Below, piece by piece: positions 1 through 8,182 of a stretch of 64,000 bases of DNA. Position numbers and translations under genes: made by a program. The DNA is from a virus. Numbering within the stretch: position 1 is the stretch's first letter; each line of letters begins with the position of its first letter. The notes below the pieces were generated by a model. It did not search any database, was not told the origin of the DNA, and was given only the letters and a program-made list of their open reading frames with translations. Where the stretch lies: positions 31,386 to 95,385 of IMG/VR virus record IMGVR_UViG_3300032286_000925; one strand, 5' to 3'.

Positions 1-72
1 GTTAGCGGCTTGTGAAATGTCGGACTCTAGCTGCTGAGCTAGATGAGTTGCGTTCGTTAAAAGTTCGTTCAT
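1..72 (-). CDS. 5' end of a gene running off the window (MNELLTNATHLAQQLESDISQAAN...)
   Basis: ATG at 72-70 overlaps the TGA of the upstream gene (ATGA coupling); frame open to base 1. Confidence 0.6.
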   Translation of the reverse strand, partial: MNELLTNATHLAQQLESDISQAAN

Positions 73-1091
73 TCTTTGCCTGGATCTTTCTCTAGCTTCT
101 CATCAACGTCCGTTACAACTTCGGCATCTATTATATCTTTTTCGGCTTCGACTCGAACGCCCATCTCGGCCAGCTTTGCTGCTGCATCTGTTGCGTTGAT
201 GGCAAGTCTGTTCAATCTTTCAGCGATGACGCTGGCGGCAGGACGTACATCGATGTTGACGTTCGTGTCAAGTTCAACACCTCCACGGATCCCGGCCCTG
301 TCCAAAATCTCCGTTGCAGCTTTTAGTTTCACTTGCTCGGATTCTGCTTCGGTCATCATCTCTTCGAGAACGTCGACGGCGTAAGGAGCTGCCTGGGTTA
401 ACTTTGCACGAGCTCGTTCGATGTCATCACCAGGCCGATGCTTCAGACTCCTGAGGTGAATGCGGCACAAGCCGTCATCTTGGATTCGACCACTCGTCCA
501 AAGTTGACAACGGATCCCGTCATCCTTGACGGCTGCGCAGCGGGCCGGCAAAGAAGCTGGCTTCCGCTTCGAACTTTTAACGGGGTCCGTTTGTTCTTTG
601 ATCCAGGCCCTAGTAGCTCCGATGACCCAAGGTGGAACGAGGTAGTCCGTTGCTTCTTCAGCGATGAGATCGTATCCAGTTATATAATCAGAGTTTCGAT
701 TGGTCGGTTCGACCAGGAGTGGCTTCTTCTCTGAGAGAGACATGATTCTCTTCTCGGTTGCCATCTCTGGACTGATAGCCATGATAAGTCCAGTAGGGAT
801 ACCGTTAGACGCATAGACGGGTAACCAGTTTAGTTTTGCTCGACGTAATACAGAACGGTTCTCGTATGTGTCTTCGCAAACACCCTTATCGGTTTCTTCA
901 ATACCAAGAAGTGAAAGGTCTGGACGTATGTCCAACGTAGCGTTGATTTCTATAATAGGTTTCTCTGCTTCAGGCTTTCCAAAAACGTCATCGGTTAATA
1001 TACCTGGGGCACTACTTACGGGCCGCTCTTCTTTTAACGAGCCTCCGTTAGAAGTTACTGAAGGTGAGGAAGAGGGATCTGAGCTAGTCAC
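69..1091 (-). CDS. Terminase small subunit-like protein
   Basis: RCxA...RC...LCRIH Zn motif followed by the helical AESEQVKLKAATEILDRAG segment, an arrangement typical of actinophage TerS-like proteins. Confidence 0.5.
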   Translation of the reverse strand: MTSSDPSSSPSVTSNGGSLKEERPVSSAPGILTDDVFGKPEAEKPIIEINATLDIRPDLSLLGIEETDKGVCEDTYENRSVLRRAKLNWLPVYASNGIPTGLIMAISPEMATEKRIMSLSEKKPLLVEPTNRNSDYITGYDLIAEEATDYLVPPWVIGATRAWIKEQTDPVKSSKRKPASLPARCAAVKDDGIRCQLWTSGRIQDDGLCRIHLRSLKHRPGDDIERARAKLTQAAPYAVDVLEEMMTEAESEQVKLKAATEILDRAGIRGGVELDTNVNIDVRPAASVIAERLNRLAINATDAAAKLAEMGVRVEAEKDIIDAEVVTDVDEKLEKDPGKE

Positions 1092-1120
1092 TTTTAATCA
1101 ACGTCCATTCAAACTTTAGA

Positions 1121-1167
1121 GGGCCGAGCCGACGAAACTGGGGAGAGACTGTCCGTCGACCCGACCC
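1121..1167 (-). other. Stable 5'-UTR hairpin with UCUCUCCC loop
   Basis: GGGUCGGGUCGACG/CGUCGGCUCGGCCC pairs fully only on the minus strand (G-U pairs). Confidence 0.6.
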
Positions 1168-1312
1168 GTTTCGTTGCATTTATATAATGCAGTTAAGGGC
1201 GTCTCTTCCAGCAAACTTCTTTATAGAAGTCTGATAGTCCTATGTTAAATCATGTACGAAAAAGTTTTTTTGCGAATTCGGTGAGAGACGACAGGTTTTC
1301 TATTTACAAACA

Positions 1313-1356
1313 AAGAAAAAACCCTGTAAAATCAAGGGATTTGATTTTAGCAGGGT
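1313..1356 (-). terminator. Intrinsic terminator
   Basis: ACCCTG-TAAAATCAA/TTGATTTTA-CAGGGT hairpin followed by a U-tract on the minus strand, just after the ORF ending at 1381. Confidence 0.7.
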
Positions 1357-1380
1357 AGTCTCTAAAAGTGCTTTGACTTT

Positions 1381-1830
1381 TTACGGTTTAACTGGTAAAA
1401 ACCAGCCTCGCCTATCTTTCTTTCGGTTGAGTGCAAGTTCTCTTAAGCGAGGTTTTCTGCTCTCAATTCTTTGGTCAATGAGTTTCGGTTGAGCCAAAAC
1501 TTCATCTTTATCCACAAGATAGTGGTGGCTATTTCCAAGAACATAATATCTCTTAATGTAGCCTTTACTCGCATAGTACGAGATTTCTTGTTCGGAAACC
1601 CAAAGCAAGTCTGCGGCTTCCTGACGAGTAATCAGGTTTTTTGGCTGACTATCTATCAGGCCTGCACGACCTTTAGAGGCAAAAATAACTTCATCTAAAT
1701 CAACTAGATAGTTATATTTGTTTCCTTGGGTGTAGTGCTTTTTCACCAAGCCTCTGTTAATCCAATACACAATCATTGCACGACTAACAAAGACGGAGCT
1801 GGCAGCTTGCTTTGGAGTTACGAGAGTCAT
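1381..1830 (-). CDS. Tandem MerR/excisionase-like HTH DNA-binding protein
   Basis: Two internal repeats LVTPKQAA...YLVDLDEV and LITRQEAA...YLVDKDEV. Confidence 0.65.
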   Translation of the reverse strand: MTLVTPKQAASSVFVSRAMIVYWINRGLVKKHYTQGNKYNYLVDLDEVIFASKGRAGLIDSQPKNLITRQEAADLLWVSEQEISYYASKGYIKRYYVLGNSHHYLVDKDEVLAQPKLIDQRIESRKPRLRELALNRKKDRRGWFLPVKP

Positions 1831-2117
1831 TACTTCTTCTTAGGTGCTGACTTTTTTGTTGCAGTTGTCTTTTTTGCTGTTGGCTTCTTTTCTGTCGGCT
1901 CTACTGTCTTAACAACCACTTTTTTAACAGTTACTACGCTTGAAGAACTTGGCTTTTTTGTTCCAGTAGGGTTGACTTTTTTGTTAGGTGCGTGTGGTGA
2001 CTCTTCGATTCGCTCCTTAAAGGACTCGATAATCTTACGGAACTCTTGTTCAGCTACGACATCAATTTCCTGTTTCTTTTTCTTCTTGCTCTTGAATAGG
2101 TTCGTTAACCACTTCAT
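1830..2117 (-). CDS. Lys-rich hypothetical protein
   Basis: Part of ORF 1830..2156; likely start MKWLTNLF; histone-like KKT/KKS tail. Confidence 0.55.
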   Translation of the reverse strand: MKWLTNLFKSKKKKKQEIDVVAEQEFRKIIESFKERIEESPHAPNKKVNPTGTKKPSSSSVVTVKKVVVKTVEPTEKKPTAKKTTATKKSAPKKK

Positions 2118-2244
2118 TTGTCTTTTCTTCTTTCTCTTGCGTCTTGCAAGTTTCACAGTAGCAGTACCACACTTTGTCGTACCACCTTATTTCTGGTCTA
2201 CATTTGTCATGTGTGCCAGTTACACAGAATCCACAGATTCTCAT
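2062..2244 (-). CDS. Small Cys-rich protein
   Basis: CGFC..H..C and CYCETC; ATGA overlap with upstream gene. Confidence 0.55.
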   Translation of the reverse strand: MRICGFCVTGTHDKCRPEIRWYDKVWYCYCETCKTQEKEEKTNEVVNEPIQEQEEKETGN

Positions 2245-2906
2245 GCAGGTCTCATTCTATACACGATTCCTTTGTGATGGGCTACCCTGACACTCGGGTG
2301 TACAAAAACTTTAAATCCACTCTCTCTGGCATTTAGGCACCATGAGTAATCTTCCCCAATATCTATTCCGACTGGGTATTGCTCCCATTTTAAGTTTCTA
2401 ATCTTAAACCACGGTCTAGACATATTTTCAAAAACTCCGGACTTTATGGCAACAAAGCCGAACCCTACTCCAAGCATTTCGGTTGGTCCTTTGGTTGTAA
2501 AGTCTTTATCGTAAACAGGTCTTGGTAGTCCGTTTTTTCCAAAATCAGCGCAGGCTACTTTCCCGGAGAGGTCCACTATATACAAGCCACTTACTATATC
2601 TAGTTCAGATTGATAGAGTTTCCTAAAATCTTCGACAGTCCATTCGATATCTGAATCTATCCAAAATATTTTGTCGTAGGTGTATTGACCTCCGCCAACC
2701 TCCTGATTTGACCAGTCTTCGGTTTCCATATCCAAGGCAACCTGCTCTCTTAGGGTAGGAATAAAAGACGATGCTCGATTAAGAAACTTGTAAGTAAGGT
2801 TTTGTTCGGTTAGCCATTTGATTGTCTCTATCAAACTGGAAACGTAAGCTCCGTGAAGTAATCCACCGGGGGTAGCAATTAAAACATTGTAATGCGGTTT
2901 AGTCAT
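2241..2906 (-). CDS. Glycosyltransferase (GT-A fold)
   Basis: IATP start, WIDSD (DxD), GFGFVAI, GEDYSWC, terminal H. Confidence 0.85.
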   Translation of the reverse strand: MTKPHYNVLIATPGGLLHGAYVSSLIETIKWLTEQNLTYKFLNRASSFIPTLREQVALDMETEDWSNQEVGGGQYTYDKIFWIDSDIEWTVEDFRKLYQSELDIVSGLYIVDLSGKVACADFGKNGLPRPVYDKDFTTKGPTEMLGVGFGFVAIKSGVFENMSRPWFKIRNLKWEQYPVGIDIGEDYSWCLNARESGFKVFVHPSVRVAHHKGIVYRMRPA

Positions 2907-3366
2907 TTAACATGCTTTCATAAGTAATAATTTTTTCGCCCTTGCAAAGTTTGCAATCGTCTTTAGTTGCGGTTGTGCAGTTTTTACACCAAATTCCGTC
3001 GGGGTACTCTAAATCAATTTCACCGAAGGCGTAGGTAAACTTGTTTCTAAAAGTTTCATTTAGTTGTCTTTCTATAAACTTGATGTTTTTCATACTCCAA
3101 GTTTTATCTGAATCTGGGACAAACATGGTGACGGTATATCTGGTTAGTGGTCTGCGATCGGTTGTGAAGTTTGTCAAGTCAGAATCTCCTGAAGACCATT
3201 CAACATAAAAATCTGCACTTGGGTAGTTTTCAGCAATAACATCTGAAAGGGCCTCGGTTGCATCACTCCATAGGTCTTTACCTACTGAGATGTTCCATCC
3301 GTTATCTGTCTTTTCGTATCTGTCGCTGTGTAACCCGAATACTAGGGTTGCTTTAATCATCTCCAC
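2899..3366 (-). CDS. Hypothetical protein with C-terminal Zn finger
   Basis: CKNC...CKLCKG; coupled to neighbours. Confidence 0.6.
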   Translation of the reverse strand: MEMIKATLVFGLHSDRYEKTDNGWNISVGKDLWSDATEALSDVIAENYPSADFYVEWSSGDSDLTNFTTDRRPLTRYTVTMFVPDSDKTWSMKNIKFIERQLNETFRNKFTYAFGEIDLEYPDGIWCKNCTTATKDDCKLCKGEKIITYESMLND

Positions 3367-3544
3367 CTATCTCAAACCAACCATCTCCACCGCATGTTTT
3401 GCAGATGAAGAAGTCTTGAGAGTCTTTGCATTCGCAGTCATACCCATCACTACATAAGTGGTCTGGGTCGTATGTCAGGTTTTTGGTTTGACCGGCACCT
3501 TCACACTCTTCGCATTGTGCCCATGATTGATCGAACTCTTCCAC
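3353..3544 (-). CDS. Small DnaJ-type Zn-finger protein
   Basis: CEECEGAG and CKTCGGDG. Confidence 0.6.
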   Translation of the reverse strand: MEEFDQSWAQCEECEGAGQTKNLTYDPDHLCSDGYDCECKDSQDFFICKTCGGDGWFEIGGDD

Positions 3545-3553
3545 GATAATCTC

Positions 3554-3865
3554 CTAATTTTCATCCATTGGGCCACCACTTAAAGATAGCCACTGATGTA
3601 TCATAGCATTCAAATGTTTCACTGGTAGTGTATTAATTTTATCCCACTGCTTTGGGTCCACTAGACAAGTCTCCATAAGTGCCATCACCGAACTTAGTTT
3701 TTCTTCAACCGGGGCTTTCATAAAAGATGCCATTTTGCTGTGAGGTAACTCTTCCATAGATATAAGCTCGATTGGCCCGAAGGGGGTTTGTATCTTTACT
3801 ATATCAATGGCCTGTAGGCTTTCTTCAATAAACTTTTTGCCTTTGTTTTCTTCGCGCTTTCCCAT
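3554..3865 (-). CDS. Hypothetical protein
   Basis: 103-aa ORF in a tightly packed operon. Confidence 0.6.
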   Translation of the reverse strand: MGKREENKGKKFIEESLQAIDIVKIQTPFGPIELISMEELPHSKMASFMKAPVEEKLSSVMALMETCLVDPKQWDKINTLPVKHLNAMIHQWLSLSGGPMDEN

Positions 3866-4089
3866 TAGTTTTCCTCTACATCAAAAATATCTTCGGGGTC
3901 ATTCTCCCAGCATACTCCTTCGCCACCACAGGTGTCAACATCAAGATAACATTCTCCACAGATATCCCCCTGTCCAACACACACTTTGCACTCGATAACG
4001 TAGTCACTTAAGATTGGGTCCCATACTAGTCCTTTGATGTCGCATTCTGGGCACTTGATTAGTCTTTCATATTTTCCAGGCTTAGACAT
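3865..4089 (-). CDS. Small Cys-rich Zn-binding protein
   Basis: CPEC, CKVCVGQG, CGEC, CGGEG; TAATG coupling. Confidence 0.6.
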   Translation of the reverse strand: MSKPGKYERLIKCPECDIKGLVWDPILSDYVIECKVCVGQGDICGECYLDVDTCGGEGVCWENDPEDIFDVEEN

Positions 4090-4553
4090 TAAATCTCGTC
4101 TCTACATTTACGACACAAAAGTGCATCGTGTCCTGTTGCCTCTTCGGACTCTGAACCGTATTGGGTTACGGGGACTGGGGATATCTGACCGGGGGTGTTG
4201 CATCTATCACAAACCATTTCGACCATCCACTTAATCCAATGTCCTTTTTCAGTTGAGGCTAGGATACCACGACCAAGAGCATGCAGTGGTCCCGCACCAA
4301 TGGTTTTTCTCAAGAAATCTCTGACATCTTCTGCCTCTAAAACTGCTCTGGAACTTTTACAGAGACAGTCCATTTTCGATGGCTTACAATAGACCATTCC
4401 CGAATATGTTGAGTGTCTAGACATAGGATGTCCACAAGCGCAGATTCGACCGTCTCGATCTAATCTTCTTCCAGCTCCTGCTAGTTGCTCTTCAGCTGCC
4501 TTAGATTCCTCAACACCAAAATCCAAAAACTCGTACGGATTTTCCATACTCAT
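4089..4553 (-). CDS. Cys/His-rich hypothetical protein
   Basis: CACGH..H, C..C.C, CDRC, CRKC. Confidence 0.65.
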   Translation of the reverse strand: MSMENPYEFLDFGVEESKAAEEQLAGAGRRLDRDGRICACGHPMSRHSTYSGMVYCKPSKMDCLCKSSRAVLEAEDVRDFLRKTIGAGPLHALGRGILASTEKGHWIKWMVEMVCDRCNTPGQISPVPVTQYGSESEEATGHDALLCRKCRDEI

Positions 4554-4600
4554 ACCTTACCAACTTTCTTTTTTTATTTTAAGGTCATAAACATCTTAGC

Positions 4601-4730
4601 ATGAATGTCAACCTTTTTTTATGAATGTAAATGAATATTTGAATGTCAACTATATTTTCAGCCCCCCCTAACGCTCACACATACGCGTATAGAAATATTA
4701 GTTGACATTCGTATATTAGTTGACATTCAT
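4601..4730. repeat. Direct and inverted GAATGTCAAC repeat array, candidate replication origin or operator array
   Basis: GAATGTCAAC at 4603 and 4641, GTTGACATTC at 4701 and 4719, degenerate copies at 4621 and 4631, palindrome ATACGCGTAT at 4681-4690. Confidence 0.7.
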
Positions 4731-4869
4731 AAGACATACTATACGATTTTAGGTAAATATTTTTCCTATTTTGTGTTGGTATCTGGAAAGTTCAAATTTG
4801 GACATTTTTACCCATTTCTGTATAGTATGTAACATAACTTCAAAAAATAGTACATTAAGGAGTATCACC

Positions 4870-5076
4870 ATGGCATTTGCTTTTTTTCTTTTTGCCCCAT
4901 TTTACCTGTGGCCAGCGTTCATTTTCTTCGGTCTAAAGTCCAAAACTGGAGCAGCTTTTCCTATTCTTTTACTCCTAATTTTACTCCCGATAGCCTACTT
5001 TTTCGATTGCTACGAGACGATTGGAATATATGTAGGGATACTTTGCCTACTAGCTTTTATCTTTGTTGGGATGTAA
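4870..5076 (+). CDS. Small membrane protein
   Basis: AAGGAG RBS before ATG 4870; almost entirely hydrophobic. Confidence 0.6.
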   Translation: MAFAFFLFAPFYLWPAFIFFGLKSKTGAAFPILLLLILLPIAYFFDCYETIGIYVGILCLLAFIFVGM

Positions 5077-5085
5077 CCAAAACAA

Positions 5086-5655
5086 CTAGACCTTATTGAT
5101 TTGTATCAAAATGTCGTCAGACCTGTCCTTAAAACTTCGTAAATCATAGACAACTGCTTCACAACCAGTAATACTGAATATGTCGCTTACAAGAGTCTGA
5201 GCCACCTCAATATCAACTACATCTTCAATGAAATACTTACCACCAACATTTAGATACCCCCACAAGTTACGCAAACCAGCAACCTGCTCCTCATATCTAT
5301 GGGAACCATCGTCAATAATATAATCAAAACTACTGCCACCAAGTACACCATCAATTTGAACAGCATCAGTAGCATCACACAAAAATACCTGAGATTTTAG
5401 CGATTCCCACCCCAATCTTGACAAATCTATATCAAGTCCAACGACCCTAGATTCAGGTAGATACTCATTCCACATATTTATCGAGTGACCCTCGTAAACA
5501 CCCACTTCAAGCAGACTTTTTCCAGTTTCAGCCGGTATCTGCTCACCATATATGTCAATGTAGCTGTGCGCAGTGCCTTTGTCGCCCCTACCATCAGAAA
5601 AACTGTGATTTTCATACACTTCTTGTAAAGATTTCACATTAGCCTTTCGGTCCAT
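5086..5655 (-). CDS. Class I SAM-dependent methyltransferase (probable sugar O-methyltransferase)
   Basis: LLEVGVYEG, GLDID, IIDDGSH, YFIED. Confidence 0.85.
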   Translation of the reverse strand: MDRKANVKSLQEVYENHSFSDGRGDKGTAHSYIDIYGEQIPAETGKSLLEVGVYEGHSINMWNEYLPESRVVGLDIDLSRLGWESLKSQVFLCDATDAVQIDGVLGGSSFDYIIDDGSHRYEEQVAGLRNLWGYLNVGGKYFIEDVVDIEVAQTLVSDIFSITGCEAVVYDLRSFKDRSDDILIQINKV

Positions 5656-6644
5656 GTTTTTGGGGTCAAATTTGATTTAATTTCAACTGGTAAATGATAC
5701 TCAAAGTCCTTCACCCGAGGTCTAACCCAATCAACCAAATCATAAAGTCCTTTTTCTAATGAAACAGTAGTTTTGTAGTCCAAAAGTTCACGACTCTTGT
5801 TGCTAGAACACAAGGCTACATGGACTTCTTGAGGTCTTCCCGGCATGTAGATAGGGTCAAGTTCAAATCCAATAATTGACGCTAACAACTCAGCTAAATG
5901 TTTAATAGTTATTGGAGATTCATCAGGTCCGATGTTTATAACCTGACCCACAGCCTCTGGCAGATAACTAGCCCTATAGATTGGCTCAACTACATCTTCA
6001 ATAAAACTAAAACAACGTTGCTGAGAACCGTCACCATAAATAATTGGCTGTTTACCCTGCAACATACGATTAGTCATAATGCTCGCAACATTCCTAAACG
6101 GATCATCAAACTTCTGTCTAGCCCCAACAATGTTATGAGGAACAAGAATCACCAAATCAACACTATGAACATCAGCAAGATTCTTCAATACCCGCTCAGC
6201 AGCTAGTTTACTTATCCCATATGGGTCTTGAGGCTTACAAACTAAAGACTCATCAAATAGGTTGCCACCATTATCCCCATACCTAGCCATACTTGACATA
6301 TAAATAAACTTAGGAACGTTTGCTTGAATACTTGCAGTCATAGCATTCACACTAATCTGCATAGTATTACGAACAACTAATGCTGGACTAAAGACACTCA
6401 AACCTTCATACGCTGTACACGCAGCATGGATAACCAAATCTGCACCAACAAAAACAGGGGTAATGCTGTCTAAGTCATCTAAATCAAGATTATAAAACTC
6501 CACACCCTCAGGAATATTGTCTAAACTACCTCCAATAAGGTTATCTATGCCACGCACCTTCCAACCCTCAGACATGTACTTATCAGCAAGATGAGACCCA
6601 AGGAACCCAGCTACACCAGTAATAACAACTATCTTCATAAACAC
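5634..6644 (-). CDS. NAD-dependent epimerase/dehydratase
   Basis: TGVAGFLG Rossmann motif, SS, YGISK (YxxxK), GDGSQQRCF. Confidence 0.92.
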   Translation of the reverse strand: MFMKIVVITGVAGFLGSHLADKYMSEGWKVRGIDNLIGGSLDNIPEGVEFYNLDLDDLDSITPVFVGADLVIHAACTAYEGLSVFSPALVVRNTMQISVNAMTASIQANVPKFIYMSSMARYGDNGGNLFDESLVCKPQDPYGISKLAAERVLKNLADVHSVDLVILVPHNIVGARQKFDDPFRNVASIMTNRMLQGKQPIIYGDGSQQRCFSFIEDVVEPIYRASYLPEAVGQVINIGPDESPITIKHLAELLASIIGFELDPIYMPGRPQEVHVALCSSNKSRELLDYKTTVSLEKGLYDLVDWVRPRVKDFEYHLPVEIKSNLTPKTWTERLM

Positions 6645-6651
6645 ATCATCC

Positions 6652-7275
6652 TTAAAAATTCTCTCCTAGGACTTCTAAAATCCCATGATAGTTTGTTTCC
6701 CCATCTGGAAGATAGGCACACATAGAAGTGTAAATATACCCATCTGAGTCATACCTCTTGTCTTTCCAGAATCCATACTCTTTCCACACATCCCTGTGAG
6801 CAACCACTTGTAACGCATCTGTTTTGTGGAATACAGGTCTATGACCACTAACGACCGCCCCAATGACATGATGAATAATTGAAAAGAGAAAAATGTTTTT
6901 AGTTGTTTTATCTATTTCATCGTTTAAATACTCTAAAGCGTTTTTATAAAGTAAGTTATCAATATTAAACTGAATGTAATACTCTCCAAGATTATTTTCA
7001 TATGCGTATTTCATAGCTAAATCTCTGGAAGAATGCCCCCAATCATTCATTCTTTTTTCAGTATTGATTAAGATTGGCTCTATACCCAGAGCTTTAAAAT
7101 CAATACCTTCTTCTTCATATGTTTTTTCTTTTGGTCCGTCGTGGCAAATAACAATATTAAAATCTCTGAATGTCTGATTTGCAATGGACTGTAGTCCGGT
7201 TTGAATAGACGGAGTTTTACCAGTTCTAGGAACATGATGCTCATAATCAACTGCAACAATACAAAACTTTTTCAT
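6652..7275 (-). CDS. Glycosyltransferase family 2-like
   Basis: QSIANQTFRDFNIVICHDG, WGHSSR, FNIDN. Confidence 0.8.
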   Translation of the reverse strand: MKKFCIVAVDYEHHVPRTGKTPSIQTGLQSIANQTFRDFNIVICHDGPKEKTYEEEGIDFKALGIEPILINTEKRMNDWGHSSRDLAMKYAYENNLGEYYIQFNIDNLLYKNALEYLNDEIDKTTKNIFLFSIIHHVIGAVVSGHRPVFHKTDALQVVAHRDVWKEYGFWKDKRYDSDGYIYTSMCAYLPDGETNYHGILEVLGENF

Positions 7276-7276
7276 G

Positions 7277-8098
7277 CTAAAAAATAAACCTTTCGTTGTC
7301 ATCTAGGTTTAAATAAACCTGAGACACCACCAACGGTTCCTTTGTTACAACTTTTCTATACATTAGATTTAGCACATCTGCCATTTTGTTCGGGTCAATA
7401 CCGATATGCTCCGCATATCCTAAAGATTTCTGAGTGATCATTCTCATCTCAACCATTGCTTTACCGTGGTCATAGTCAGTAGCAGAAGTATGTCCTACAA
7501 CACAACCCCAGTCCCTATAGACTTTTTTATTTAAACATATTGCTAAAGCGCAATACACAGAGTCAATACCCCAACCTAGATTTACTTTTTCAAACCCTCT
7601 ATCAAAATCCCCGGTTTCAAACATCCACTCGTAGAAGTCAAAAATAACCTCAGCTAACTTTCTGGACGTCGCTACCCATATACCATTGGTGTGTGTAGAC
7701 AAAACTAATCCAGGATGTTGCGTCGACCTTTCAATGGATGACCCATCCCAAGACCAAACATCTGCATCTGAAAAACAAGGAGCGTAAGCCCAGCAATCTG
7801 GATCCGATTCAAATAACGTTTCTACTTTTCTAGTTAGCCCCGCGTAATCTTTAAAAACGCCATCTCCGGCATTGAAAATAAAAACCGAATGATCTGTAGT
7901 TAAGAAATCTTTTATAGCATTATAAAAATGCCCTAGATACCAGACTCTATTAGCACGAATCCACCTCTCGTTTACATCCGAGTAACTCGAGTCGTTATAC
8001 ATTAAATAGTCAAGACCAGCGTTCGAGAGTTGTGTATCTATATCTAAAGAGTTTTGATATACCCTATTCCAAGATACACAGTAAGTTTTTGATGTCAT
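7277..8098 (-). CDS. Putative glycosyltransferase
   Basis: FIFNAGD, LGWGID, terminal H; leaderless start 7 nt after TAGAAT. Confidence 0.55.
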   Translation of the reverse strand: MTSKTYCVSWNRVYQNSLDIDTQLSNAGLDYLMYNDSSYSDVNERWIRANRVWYLGHFYNAIKDFLTTDHSVFIFNAGDGVFKDYAGLTRKVETLFESDPDCWAYAPCFSDADVWSWDGSSIERSTQHPGLVLSTHTNGIWVATSRKLAEVIFDFYEWMFETGDFDRGFEKVNLGWGIDSVYCALAICLNKKVYRDWGCVVGHTSATDYDHGKAMVEMRMITQKSLGYAEHIGIDPNKMADVLNLMYRKVVTKEPLVVSQVYLNLDDNERFIF

Positions 8099-8182
8099 AG
8101 TACCAATTCTATCTAAAGTCAAAAAGACCTATTTACTGTAAAATAGAGGTACATACCAACTTTTATAGAAGGAATTAAGTAA

